A stretch of 64,000 nt of DNA, from the NCBI GenBank assembly GCA_947474715.1, contig CANJJT010000006.1:12588-76587 (forward strand), given 5' to 3'. Below, in pieces: positions 47,272 through 57,653 of this stretch. Position numbers and translations under genes: made by a program. Origin of the DNA: Betaproteobacteria bacterium. Lineage in GTDB: Bacteria; Pseudomonadota; Gammaproteobacteria; Burkholderiales; SG8-39. Numbering within the stretch: position 1 is the stretch's first letter; each line of letters starts with the position of its first letter. A model generated the notes under the pieces. The model did not search any database and was not told where the DNA came from. It worked only from the letters and a program-made list of their open reading frames with translations.

Positions 47272-48618
47272 TCAGGTGTTCTCGACGCGCGCACGTGCCG
47301 AGCCCCTGGCGAAGTGCAGATCCAGCAGGTCGCCAGCGCGTACCTGCTCCGCTTCGAGGATGATGCTGCCGGATGCGTCACGGACCACGCTGTAACCGCG
47401 TTCCAGCACGCGCTGGGGATTGAGGTGTTCGAGTGACCCGGTCAGCGCCCGAAGGCGCGTCATCCGCAGCGTCTGGCGCGAGGATAATGACAGAACCAGC
47501 CGATGATTGAGGGCGGCAATTGCGTCGAGGCGGTCCATGGGGCGCGGGCGCCGTTCCATCTGCCGGCGCATCAAGGCACTGAGGGCATGCTGATGATACG
47601 CCAGCGACTGTCCCATGCAGCGAGCCAGTCGAGCCCTGGCGGATGCCAGTTTTTCCCCCTGCCGGTGCAGCCGTTCTCCCGGATGCTGCAGGCGCGCGCC
47701 GAAGCTGTCCAGGCGCTGCATGCGGCGTTCCATGCCCCGGGCCTGGCATTGCTGCAGCCGGCGGCTGAGCGCGTCCAGCCGGTGCAGCAACGCCTCCCGG
47801 TCGGGGCTGACCAGTTCAGCTGCGGCAGTGGGTGTCGGTGCCCGGCAATCTGCAGCGAAATCGGCGATGGTGAAGTCGGTTTCATGCCCCACCCCCGATA
47901 CCACCGGCACGGCGCAGGCGCGGATGGCGCGTGCCACCACTTCCTCGTTGAATGCCCACAGGTCTTCTATGCTGCCGCCGCCACGGGCCAGGATGATGAC
48001 GTCGCAGCGTCCGCTGTCACCAAGCACTTGCAGCGCCCGGGCGATGCGCGGTGCGGCGTCCCTGCCCTGCACTGGTGTCGGCTGGACGATCACCGGGATG
48101 GCCGGATTGCGGCGCGCCAGCGTGCTCAGGATGTCCTGGAGTGCTGCGGCATCCCGCGAGGTGACGATGCCTATGCAGCGTGGATGTGTCGGGAGGCTGC
48201 GCTTGGCTTCCTGGCTGAACAGGCCTTCGGCAGCAAGTTTGTCCCGCAGGCGCTGGAATTGTTCGAACAGCTGTCCGGCGCCGGCACGGCGCATGGATTC
48301 CACCGTCAGTTGCACGTCGCCGCGCGCCTCGTACAGGCCGAGGGTGGCGCGCAGCTCGACCTGATCACCATCCTGAGGGCGCCATTCGACCTGCTGATGG
48401 CGCTGGCGGAACATGACGCAGCGCACCTGCGCCTGCTGGTCCTTGAGGACGAAATAGGCGTGTCCTGAGCGCGCCAGCATGTAGTTGGATATTTCCCCCT
48501 TGACCCACAACAGGGGGAAACGGTGTTCGAGCAGGTCCCGCAGGCTGCGCATCAGTGCCGACACGCCGATGGCGCCGGGGACTGCCAAGCCGTCGTTTCC
48601 GGAAATAGAATCAGTCAT
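47272..48618 (-). CDS. xseA: exodeoxyribonuclease VII large subunit
   Basis: N-terminal OB-fold (WVKGEISNYMLARSGHAYFVLKD), a catalytic core (GGGSIEDLWAFN) and a coiled-coil C-terminus. Confidence 0.9.
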   Translation of the reverse strand: MTDSISGNDGLAVPGAIGVSALMRSLRDLLEHRFPLLWVKGEISNYMLARSGHAYFVLKDQQAQVRCVMFRQRHQQVEWRPQDGDQVELRATLGLYEARGDVQLTVESMRRAGAGQLFEQFQRLRDKLAAEGLFSQEAKRSLPTHPRCIGIVTSRDAAALQDILSTLARRNPAIPVIVQPTPVQGRDAAPRIARALQVLGDSGRCDVIILARGGGSIEDLWAFNEEVVARAIRACAVPVVSGVGHETDFTIADFAADCRAPTPTAAAELVSPDREALLHRLDALSRRLQQCQARGMERRMQRLDSFGARLQHPGERLHRQGEKLASARARLARCMGQSLAYHQHALSALMRRQMERRPRPMDRLDAIAALNHRLVLSLSSRQTLRMTRLRALTGSLEHLNPQRVLERGYSVVRDASGSIILEAEQVRAGDLLDLHFARGSARARVENT

Positions 48619-48789
48619 GCGGGGATACTAAACCATGGCGCTATGCGAGGCGGGGGCCTGCTTGCCGCGCGCTGTCAGCGGGGCCCGTGCGCGGCAGCCC
48701 TGAGGCGGCTTTCCTTGCCGAAGTGCCCCTTGCGCGATAAAGTGTCGCTGGATTTTTTGACGCAGACAGGCTCTGCGACGGGAGACACG

Positions 48790-49428
48790 TTGTTCGCAAT
48801 CATCCAGGCTGCCGGCTGGCCTATCTATCCGCTTCTGGTCGCATCCATCATCGCCGTGGCGCTGATCATCGAGCGCCTCGTCACCTTGAGGCAGCACAAG
48901 ATCGTCCCTGCGGGCCTGCTGGATCAGGCTGTCAACGCCTACAGCAAGCAGGGCATCACGCCCGAACTGCTGTCGGCCTTGGCCAATGACTCGGCGCTGG
49001 GCCGCGTGCTGGCCGCTGGCCTGCGCAACGTGAAGAGCTCGCGCTACGTCATGAAGGAGTCGATCGAGGAAGCCGGTCGCGCGGTAACCCATGACCTGGA
49101 GCGCTTTCTCACCACCCTCGGCACCATCGCCTCCATCACGCCCCTGATGGGCCTGTTCGGCACGGTGGTGGGCATGATCGAGATCTTCGGCTCGCAGGCG
49201 CCCACCGGCACCAATCCCCAGGCACTGGCCCACGGCATTTCGGTGGCGCTGTACAACACCGGCTTCGGCCTGGTCATCGCCATGCCGGCGATGATTTTCT
49301 TCCGTCATTTCCGTGGCAAGGTGGAGAGCTTCGTGGTTGAGATGGAGCAACAGGCCTCCAAGCTGGTCGACATCGTTCACGGTGAGCGGCTGGATTACGC
49401 ATCCGGCGCACGGCCGCCGCAGTCCTGA
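48790..49428 (+). CDS. exbB: MotA/TolQ/ExbB proton-channel family protein
   Basis: LGTIASITPLMGLFGTVVGMIEIF motif. The TTG start at 48790 follows GGGAG. The listed 48523 start would overlap xseA. Confidence 0.85.
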   Translation: MFAIIQAAGWPIYPLLVASIIAVALIIERLVTLRQHKIVPAGLLDQAVNAYSKQGITPELLSALANDSALGRVLAAGLRNVKSSRYVMKESIEEAGRAVTHDLERFLTTLGTIASITPLMGLFGTVVGMIEIFGSQAPTGTNPQALAHGISVALYNTGFGLVIAMPAMIFFRHFRGKVESFVVEMEQQASKLVDIVHGERLDYASGARPPQS

Positions 49429-49440
49429 TCGCAGGCCATC

Positions 49441-49857
49441 ATGAATTTTCGCAGCAACACCAAGGAAGATCCGGAAATCAACCTGATTCCGCTGATCGAC
49501 GTGCTGCTGGTGATCATCATCTTCCTGATGCTGACCACGACCTATTCGCGTTTTGCCGAACTGCAGATCCAGTTGCCCACCGCTGAGGCGGAGAAACAGC
49601 TGGAGCGTCCGAACGAGATCGCCATCGTGGTGAGTGCCGGAGGGCAATACCTGGTCAACCGGAGGGCCGTCGCCTTTCGTGACGTGCCCGCGTTCGCGGA
49701 AGAACTGCGGCGTGCCGGCTCCGGGATGAAGAATCCGGTGGTTGTCATCAACGCCGACAACAATGCGACCCATCAGTCGGTCATCCGGATGATGGACGCC
49801 GCGCGCCAGGCCGGCTACAGCCAGATCGCATTCGCGGTCGAGCAGACCAGCAAGTAA
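49441..49857 (+). CDS. exbD: ExbD/TolR biopolymer transport protein
   Basis: EINLIPLIDVLLVIIIFLM TM segment and an ExbD-type periplasmic domain. Confidence 0.9.
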   Translation: MNFRSNTKEDPEINLIPLIDVLLVIIIFLMLTTTYSRFAELQIQLPTAEAEKQLERPNEIAIVVSAGGQYLVNRRAVAFRDVPAFAEELRRAGSGMKNPVVVINADNNATHQSVIRMMDAARQAGYSQIAFAVEQTSK

Positions 49858-49882
49858 CGCCCCGGTCCAGGGCGGCACCAAC

Positions 49883-50893
49883 GTGCCAGACTCCCGAAAG
49901 AATCCTCGCGGCGGGTTTCCCGACTGCTGGTCCCGCACCACTGCACTGACCCTGTTGCTGCTGCCCTTTGCCGGCCTGTTCTCGTTGCTGGTGGCTGTGC
50001 GCCGGCTGCTTTTCCGCTGTGGCGTACTGCGCAGTCACAGGCTGCCCGTGAAGGTGATCGTGATCGGCAATCTCACAGTGGGTGGCGTCGGCAAGACCCC
50101 TCTGGTCCTCTGGCTGGCGCAACTGCTGCAGGCCTCCGGGCTGCGCCCCGCGGTGCTGTTGCGGGGCTATGGTGGCAGCCATTACCTGCCGCGGCCGGTA
50201 TCGGGCACCGATGACCCGCTGCTTGCCGGTGACGAGGCCGTCCTTCTGGCCGGGCGGGCCGGATGTCCGGTGTGGGCGGGGCGGGACCGGGCAGCCACCG
50301 GCCGGGCCTTGCTGCAGGCCCACCCTGATTGCAGCGTCATCATCTGTGACGATGGCTTGCAGCACTATCGGCTGGTGCGCGATGTGGAAATTGCCGTCGA
50401 GGACGAGCGTGGCCATGGCAACGGGTGGATGTTGCCCGCAGGCCCCTTGCGCGAACCAGTTTCCCGGGCCGTGGATGCCACTGTGGTCAATGGGTTGTCC
50501 CTTTTCCCCGGCGGGGGGGGCGACCGTCGTTACGGCATGCGGCTGCGGCCCGCGGGCTTCGAGACCCTGTCGGGCGTTCCGGTCGAGACCAGTCGCTTCA
50601 ACGGACTGCGGCTGCATGCGGTCGCTGGCATCGGCCATCCAGCCCGCTTCTTCGCCACCCTTTCCGGCCTGGGTCTGACATTCACGCCGCATGCCTTCCC
50701 CGACCACCATGCCTTTGTGCCCGCCGACCTGCAGTTCCCGGACTGTGACGCCATCCTGATGACGGAAAAGGATGCGGTAAAATGTCGGGCATTCGCCAGC
50801 GACGGCTGCTACATGTTGCGTGTGGCTGCGGAAGCGGATCCTGCCTTCGCCGATTTTTTGCTGGAAGCCATCCATGGACGCCAGACTGCTTGA
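49883..50893 (+). CDS. lpxK: tetraacyldisaccharide 4'-kinase
   Basis: [19 protein letters not shown]-loop. Conserved exbBD-lpxK-ycaR-kdsB order. Confidence 0.9.
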   Translation: MPDSRKNPRGGFPDCWSRTTALTLLLLPFAGLFSLLVAVRRLLFRCGVLRSHRLPVKVIVIGNLTVGGVGKTPLVLWLAQLLQASGLRPAVLLRGYGGSHYLPRPVSGTDDPLLAGDEAVLLAGRAGCPVWAGRDRAATGRALLQAHPDCSVIICDDGLQHYRLVRDVEIAVEDERGHGNGWMLPAGPLREPVSRAVDATVVNGLSLFPGGGGDRRYGMRLRPAGFETLSGVPVETSRFNGLRLHAVAGIGHPARFFATLSGLGLTFTPHAFPDHHAFVPADLQFPDCDAILMTEKDAVKCRAFASDGCYMLRVAAEADPAFADFLLEAIHGRQTA

Positions 50894-51056
50894 TATCCTC
50901 GTCTGCCCGGTTTGCAAGGGCCCGCTGGTGTACCGCAAGAAAGAAGGCGAGCTGATCTGTCGCGCCGACCGCCTTGCCTATCCCGTTCGTGACGACATCC
51001 CCATCATGCTCGAAGACGAGGCGCGCAAGCTCGCTCCCGCAGAAGAAGTCGAGTAG
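50874..51056 (+). CDS. ycaR: Trm112/YcaR family zinc-ribbon protein
   Basis: [18 protein letters not shown]...[18 protein letters not shown] at 50874 overlaps the lpxK end. Confidence 0.85.
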   Translation: MDARLLDILVCPVCKGPLVYRKKEGELICRADRLAYPVRDDIPIMLEDEARKLAPAEEVE

Positions 51057-51065
51057 GACTGCAGC

Positions 51066-51914
51066 GTGAAGGATGTCCCGCCGTTTGTCGTGGTGATACC
51101 AGCACGCCACGCGTCCACGCGCCTGCCGGGTAAACCGCTTGCCGACATCGCCGGCAAACCCATGGTGGTGCATGTGGCCGACCGGGCCCGCCGGAGCGGT
51201 GCCCGCAGCGTGTGCGTTGCCACTGACCATGAAGATATTGCCGCAGCCTGTCGCAAGCATGGCCACGAGGCCGTGATGACGCGTGCGGATCATCCATCCG
51301 GAACGGACCGCATTGCTGAAGTTGCCCGGCAGCTGCGCCTTGCGCGCGGCACCATCGTGGTCAATGTGCAGGGCGACGAACCACTCATGGAGCCGGCACT
51401 GATACGCGCGGTGGCATCCCTGTTGCATGAGGACCGCAGCGCCGCCGTGGCAACCGCCTGCTGTCCCATCGGCAAGGCTGCGGAATTGTTCAATCCGAAC
51501 GCCGTCAAGGTGGTGCTCGATGCGCGGGGACAGGCGCTCTATTTCAGCCGGGCGCCCATCCCCTGGGACCGCGATCGCTTCGCAAAGTCCGCCGGAGCTC
51601 GCACCAGCATGGCTGGTGCCGTGGCCAACTGGTATCGGCACATCGGGATCTATGCCTATCGGGTGTCCTTTCTCGAGCGCTATGGCGCGCTGGCGCCGTC
51701 GCCGCTGGAGCAGGCGGAAGCCCTGGAGCAGTTGCGGGTGCTCTGGCATGGGTTTCAAATTGCGGTGGCTGTGCGCAGCAAGGCGCCGCCGGCCGGGGTG
51801 GACACCCCGGCCGACCTGCGCCGGGTGCGAGCCGCGTTGAAGAAGCCCGCGGCTGCAACGCGCAAGGCCGTCTCTCCCGAAAAGTCCGTCCGGGCGCCGC
51901 GGTCGCTGCGTTGA
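51066..51914 (+). CDS. kdsB: 3-deoxy-manno-octulosonate cytidylyltransferase
   Basis: [29 protein letters not shown] and VNVQGDEPL motifs, with a short basic C-terminal extension. Confidence 0.9.
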   Translation: MKDVPPFVVVIPARHASTRLPGKPLADIAGKPMVVHVADRARRSGARSVCVATDHEDIAAACRKHGHEAVMTRADHPSGTDRIAEVARQLRLARGTIVVNVQGDEPLMEPALIRAVASLLHEDRSAAVATACCPIGKAAELFNPNAVKVVLDARGQALYFSRAPIPWDRDRFAKSAGARTSMAGAVANWYRHIGIYAYRVSFLERYGALAPSPLEQAEALEQLRVLWHGFQIAVAVRSKAPPAGVDTPADLRRVRAALKKPAAATRKAVSPEKSVRAPRSLR

Positions 51915-52004
51915 AATTGACCGGTCTGCCAAAGCGAGCTATGGTCTTTCCTCCCTGCATAAATATCCGGAACGCCACACATCAGGTGTTTCCCCCGAAC
52001 ATAA

Positions 52005-52682
<678 letters not shown>

Positions 52683-52687
52683 ACATC

Positions 52688-53686
52688 GTGAAGCAAGTCA
52701 CCCTTACCCAGTACCTCATTGAGATGCAGCGCGAAAAGGGCTGCGTGTCCGCCGAGTTGCGTCTTTTGATCGAAGTCGTTGCCCGAGCCTGCAAGCGCAT
52801 CAGTCATGCCGTGTCCAAGGGAGCTCTGGGCGGCGTGCTCGGTTCGGCCGGTACCGACAACATTCAGGGGGAGGCCCAGAAGAAACTGGATGTGATCGCC
52901 AATGAAGTGTTGGTCGAGGCCAACGAATGGGGCGGCAGTCTCGCCGCCATGGCCTCGGAGGAAATGGAGCATCCCCATCGCATCCCCAGTCATTATCCAA
53001 GCGGTGAGTTCCTGCTGCTGATGGATCCGCTGGACGGATCGTCCAACATCGATGTGAACGTGTCGATAGGTACCATATTCTCGGTGTTGCGCTGCCCGAA
53101 AGGTGTTGAGCCGGATGAACAGGCTTTCCTGCAGCCTGGCTCCCAGCAGGTTGCGGCAGGGTTTGCCGTCTATGGTCCCTCCACCGTGCTGGTCCTCACC
53201 GTGGGTTGTGGCACCGTCGCATTCACGCTGGACCGGGAACTGGGGAGTTTCGTCATGACCGAGCCGTCCATGCGGCTGGAGCCGGCAACCCAGGAATTCG
53301 CCATCAATGTCTCGAACATGCGCAATTGGCACCCGCCGGTGAAGCGCTATATCGACGAGTGCCTGGCCGGCAAGAGCGGCCCGCGTGGCAAGGATTTCAA
53401 CATGCGCTGGGTCGCCTCCATGGTGGCCGATGTCTTTCGCATCCTGACCCGGGGCGGGGTATTCATGTACCCCTGTGATGCCAAGCATGTGGCCGGCCGC
53501 CTGCGGCTGATGTACGAGGCAAATCCCATGGCATTCGTGGTCGAGCAGGCCGGTGGTGCTGCCACCAACGGCCAGATGCGCATCCTCGACATTCAGCCCA
53601 AGGCCCTGCATGAGCGGGTTGGTGTCATCCTGGGCTCCAGCGAAGAGGTGGATCGGGTGACGCAGTACTGCCAGCAGGCCTCCTGA
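52688..53686 (+). CDS. fbp: class 1 fructose-1,6-bisphosphatase
   Basis: (V)[16 protein letters not shown]-terminus and [23 protein letters not shown] metal-binding motif. The GTG start at 52688 avoids the ~100-nt overlap with adk implied by the listed ORF. Confidence 0.9.
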   Translation: MKQVTLTQYLIEMQREKGCVSAELRLLIEVVARACKRISHAVSKGALGGVLGSAGTDNIQGEAQKKLDVIANEVLVEANEWGGSLAAMASEEMEHPHRIPSHYPSGEFLLLMDPLDGSSNIDVNVSIGTIFSVLRCPKGVEPDEQAFLQPGSQQVAAGFAVYGPSTVLVLTVGCGTVAFTLDRELGSFVMTEPSMRLEPATQEFAINVSNMRNWHPPVKRYIDECLAGKSGPRGKDFNMRWVASMVADVFRILTRGGVFMYPCDAKHVAGRLRLMYEANPMAFVVEQAGGAATNGQMRILDIQPKALHERVGVILGSSEEVDRVTQYCQQAS

Positions 53687-53796
53687 CGCTGCGGCTGCTC
53701 GCCCTCGGGGGGGCAGCTTGGTTATAATTCGAAACTTTACGCAATTCTGCCCACGCTTATAGCGTCGGGCGGTTATACCAATTCAGCGGAGGATTT

Positions 53797-55860
53797 ATGG
53801 AAGCAGGGCTCTGGTTCGCGCTCGCCTGTGCCGTCGTGGCCATTCTTTACGGCGCGATTTCAACTAAATGGATATTGGCCCAGCCAGCCGGCAATGATCG
53901 GATGCAGGAGATTGCCGGAGCGATACAGACCGGCGCCATGGCTTACCTGAATCGCCAGTACTTCGCCATATCGGTGGTCGGTGTGGTCCTGTTCTTCGTG
54001 GTTGGCTTCACTCTGGGCTGGATGACCGCCATTGCCTTCGCTGTCGGCGCGCTGCTCTCTGGGGCCACCGGCTATATCGGCATGAACGTCTCGGTGCGTG
54101 CCAACGTGCGCACTGCTGAAGCGGCCCGCACCGGGTTGAACGAAGCCCTCACCGTGGCCTTCCGCGGCGGCGCCATCACCGGCATGCTGGTGGTTGGCCT
54201 GGGCTTGCTGGGCGTGGCCGGTTTCTACGCCTACCTGGTAGCAGCCTCCCCCAACCTGCCGCTGTCCGATGTGATCAAGCCGTTGGTGGGCTTCGGCTTT
54301 GGCGGTTCTCTCATCTCCATCTTCGCGCGTCTGGGTGGTGGCATCTTCACCAAGGGCGCCGATGTCGGTGCCGACCTGGTGGGCAAGGTCGAGGCCGGCA
54401 TCCCCGAGGACGACCCGCGTAATCCCGCCGTGATCGCCGACAACGTCGGTGACAACGTTGGTGACTGCGCAGGCATGGCCGCCGACCTGTTCGAGACCTA
54501 TGCCGTGACCCTGATTGCCACCATGATCCTGGGTGCGCTGATCGTGAAGACGGCTTCCAGCGCAGCCGTCGTGTATCCCCTGGTCATCGGCGGCTTCTCC
54601 ATCATCGCCTCGATCGTCGGCTGCATGTTCGTCAAGGCCACGCCGGGGAAGAAGATCATGAACGCCCTCTACCGCGGCCTGATCGTGGCCGGTGTCATGG
54701 CCCTGATCGCCTTCTACCCGATCACCGACTGGATCATGGGCGACCTGCTCAAGCAGGTGACCTTCGATATTTCCGGCAAGGCGGTCAGCCTCACGGTCAT
54801 GCACCTGTATGGCGCGGCCGTGATCGGCCTGGTCCTGACGGCGCTGATGGTGGTGATCACCGAGTACTACACCGCCACCGAATATGCACCGGTGCGCCAC
54901 GTCGCCCAGGCCTCCACCACCGGTCACGCCACCAACATCATTGCCGGCATCGGCGTGTCGATGAGATCCTGCGCCTGGCCCGTGCTGGCGGTCTGCGCTT
55001 CGATCTGGTTCGCCTATGATCTGGCCGGCCTGTACGGCATCGCGATTGCGGCAACCTCCATGCTGTCCATGACTGGCATCATCGTGGCTCTGGACGCCTA
55101 CGGCCCCATCACCGACAACGCTGGCGGCATTGCCGAAATGGCGAACCTGCCCGAGTCCGTGCGTGCCATCACCGATCCGCTGGATGCCGTGGGTAACACC
55201 ACCAAGGCTGTCACCAAGGGTTATGCCATTGGTTCGGCGGGCCTGGCCGCCTTGGTGCTGTTTGCCGACTACACACACGCTCTGGAGCATGCTGGCCAGA
55301 CCCTGTTGTTCGACCTTTCCGACCACAAGGTGGTGGTCGGCCTGCTGATTGGCGGCCTGATTCCCTACCTGTTCGGCGCCATGGCCATGGAAGCGGTCGG
55401 GCGTGCCGCTGCCTCGGTGGTGGTTGAAGTACGCCGCCAGTTCAAGGAGATTCCCGGCATCATGGAAGGCACCAGCAAGCCCGAGTATGGCCGCGCCGTG
55501 GACATGCTGACCAAGGCTGCCATCAGGGAAATGATCGTCCCCTCGTTGCTGCCAGTGCTGGTGCCCATCGTCGTGGGTCTGGTACTCGGACCGCAGGCGC
55601 TGGGCGGCGTGCTCATGGGGTCCATCGTGACCGGCCTGTTCGTGGCGATCTCGATGACCACTGGTGGTGGCGCCTGGGATAATGCCAAGAAGTACATTGA
55701 AGATGGCCATCATGGCGGCAAGGGTTCCGACGCCCATAAGGCGGCAGTGACCGGCGACACCGTTGGCGATCCTTACAAGGACACTGCGGGCCCCGCCATC
55801 AATCCCTTGATCAAGATCATCAACATCGTTGCATTGCTCATCGTTCCCCTGATCGTTTAA
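53797..55860 (+). CDS. hppA: membrane-bound proton/sodium-translocating pyrophosphatase
   Basis: [53 protein letters not shown] signature, 687 aa, polytopic. Confidence 0.95.
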   Translation: MEAGLWFALACAVVAILYGAISTKWILAQPAGNDRMQEIAGAIQTGAMAYLNRQYFAISVVGVVLFFVVGFTLGWMTAIAFAVGALLSGATGYIGMNVSVRANVRTAEAARTGLNEALTVAFRGGAITGMLVVGLGLLGVAGFYAYLVAASPNLPLSDVIKPLVGFGFGGSLISIFARLGGGIFTKGADVGADLVGKVEAGIPEDDPRNPAVIADNVGDNVGDCAGMAADLFETYAVTLIATMILGALIVKTASSAAVVYPLVIGGFSIIASIVGCMFVKATPGKKIMNALYRGLIVAGVMALIAFYPITDWIMGDLLKQVTFDISGKAVSLTVMHLYGAAVIGLVLTALMVVITEYYTATEYAPVRHVAQASTTGHATNIIAGIGVSMRSCAWPVLAVCASIWFAYDLAGLYGIAIAATSMLSMTGIIVALDAYGPITDNAGGIAEMANLPESVRAITDPLDAVGNTTKAVTKGYAIGSAGLAALVLFADYTHALEHAGQTLLFDLSDHKVVVGLLIGGLIPYLFGAMAMEAVGRAAASVVVEVRRQFKEIPGIMEGTSKPEYGRAVDMLTKAAIREMIVPSLLPVLVPIVVGLVLGPQALGGVLMGSIVTGLFVAISMTTGGGAWDNAKKYIEDGHHGGKGSDAHKAAVTGDTVGDPYKDTAGPAINPLIKIINIVALLIVPLIV

Positions 55861-55896
55861 TCGTTCAGGGCACTACGGCGGTACGGCGGGTCTTGA

Positions 55897-57489
55897 GTGA
55901 GATTTCACGAAAGGCTCGCCGCCCTTGTCTCCGGCAGGCGCTCTCCGCAAGCGCTATGTCAGGACGGCGCGCAGCGGCAGATGGCCGGGGATAACGCAGG
56001 CGCCCTGCGTTGTTATGAGGCAGCCCTTCAGCATTCACCGAGCTTCCCACCCGCCCTGCACGGTGCGGGTGTCATTGCACTTTGCGAAGGCCGTATAGCC
56101 GACGCCTGCAGGCTGTTGGGCGATGCTGCACGGGCTGACCAGAGTGACGTGCAGATCCAGTATGACCTGGCCGAGGCCTGCCGTCTGGGTCTGGACTGGA
56201 AGGCCGCCGCCGACCAATACCAGCGTGTGCTGGATGCAAGGCCCGGCATTCTGGCGGCCCGGCAGGGATTTGCCGAGAGTCTCCTGCGCCTGGGCCGGTA
56301 CGAGGATGCGCGCGAGCCTTGCCGGCTGGCACTTGAGGCCGGGCCGAACGACCCGCGCAGTCTGTTGCTCGCTGCCGAAATGGCCATGCACCTGGACGTC
56401 CCCTCGCTCGCCGAGCGTCACGCCCGCGATGCCATGTTGCTCGATCCCTCGGACCGCCGGGCTGGCAAGTGCGTGGTGCAGGCACTGATCGCGCAGCAGC
56501 GCCATGACGAGGCAGAGGAATTGCTGCTCCCCCTTCTGGACCCCGTCGATCAGGACACGCAGCAGTTTCTTGTGGAGCTCGTCGCTGGCAGGGCCCGGTT
56601 GGACCCTTCGTTTGATCCAGTGGTGGCTTCGGCAACTCCCGGCGTTGCTGCTGCGGCGGCGGCGATTGCAGAGCGGCCTTCCTTTTCCATCATCATCTGT
56701 AGCGTGGATCGGGCCAAATTTGATGCCGTGGTTGGCAACTACAGGACCTTGCTCGGGGGCTCGGTCGAGATTATCGGCATCCACGATGCGCGCTCACTGT
56801 GCGAAGGCTACAACCGTGGGACCAGGCAGGCCAGGGGCGATCTGCTGGTGTTTTCACACGATGACATCGAAGTGCTGACACCGGATTTTGACGAGCGTTT
56901 GAAGCACCACCTGTCTGTGCATGACGTGGTGGGAGCGTGCGGCACGAACCGGCTGGTGAAGGGGGAGGCCGCGGGACACTGGATGGGAGCGGGCTGGCCG
57001 CATCTGCGCGGACTGGTTGCACATCACTATCCGTCCTGGCACGAAATGGCCGGCTGGTATCGCGTCCTGGTGCTGGACACCCTGGATGAACCTGCCAGTG
57101 GCGGTCTCCAGGGCCTGGACGGCATGTTCATGGCGGCGCGGCGCGAGGTGCTTGAGCGCTGCCGTTTCGACGAGGATACCTTCGATGGATTCCACTTGTA
57201 TGACCTCGATTTCAGCTTTTCCGCTTATCAGGCAGGCTTTGATGTAGCGGTGTTCCGTGACATCAGCATGATCCACTACACCTACGGAGAGAGCCCCGGT
57301 TATCAGCAGGCCTTCGAGCGCTATCAGGCGCTCTTCGAAGCCAAGCACGCCGGCAGCCTGGTCAGTCCGGCTTTCGTGTCGCGCCGGTTCATCCCGGCGC
57401 TGTGCCGGACAAAACGGCAGGTTCGCAGATTCTGCGAGGATCTGCTGACCACCCGCCGCAAGGCGGCCGGAATCCGGATGCCCGACTGA
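55897..57489 (+). CDS. TPR-repeat protein fused to a GT-A-like glycosyltransferase domain
   Basis: The N-terminal half has repeated A-x-x-x-Y/A-x-x-A-L TPR-like helices. The C-terminal half has SFSIIICSVDR...GYNRGTRQARGDLLVFSHDDIEV (GT2-like with a DD motif). GTG start is uncertain (alternative ATG 55981). Confidence 0.6.
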   Translation: MRFHERLAALVSGRRSPQALCQDGAQRQMAGDNAGALRCYEAALQHSPSFPPALHGAGVIALCEGRIADACRLLGDAARADQSDVQIQYDLAEACRLGLDWKAAADQYQRVLDARPGILAARQGFAESLLRLGRYEDAREPCRLALEAGPNDPRSLLLAAEMAMHLDVPSLAERHARDAMLLDPSDRRAGKCVVQALIAQQRHDEAEELLLPLLDPVDQDTQQFLVELVAGRARLDPSFDPVVASATPGVAAAAAAIAERPSFSIIICSVDRAKFDAVVGNYRTLLGGSVEIIGIHDARSLCEGYNRGTRQARGDLLVFSHDDIEVLTPDFDERLKHHLSVHDVVGACGTNRLVKGEAAGHWMGAGWPHLRGLVAHHYPSWHEMAGWYRVLVLDTLDEPASGGLQGLDGMFMAARREVLERCRFDEDTFDGFHLYDLDFSFSAYQAGFDVAVFRDISMIHYTYGESPGYQQAFERYQALFEAKHAGSLVSPAFVSRRFIPALCRTKRQVRRFCEDLLTTRRKAAGIRMPD

Positions 57490-57653
57490 GCCTGTTCAGC
57501 CCAATTTTCGCCGGACAGGCAGCAGCAGGCTTGCGCGGTGGCCGGCTGTAAAATGGCGGCTTCCATGGCAGGCAATCAGAGGGCTTGATCCGAGAAATGC
57601 CCCCGATTGCCTTCCGCCGTTGATTACCTGTTGACCAGAGAGGGGAGCAATCC

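Noticed and set aside
50513-50520. G8 homopolymer inside lpxK
   Set aside because: The reading frame is intact through it (..FPGGGGDRR..), so there is no frameshift. It is noted only as a control for the lpoA G8 frameshift.
53860-55737. 625-aa ORF on the minus strand
   Set aside because: It is exactly antisense to hppA, whose signature motifs are unambiguous. Its composition is Gly/His/Arg/Asp-rich with no motif, which is the typical open antisense frame of a high-GC gene.
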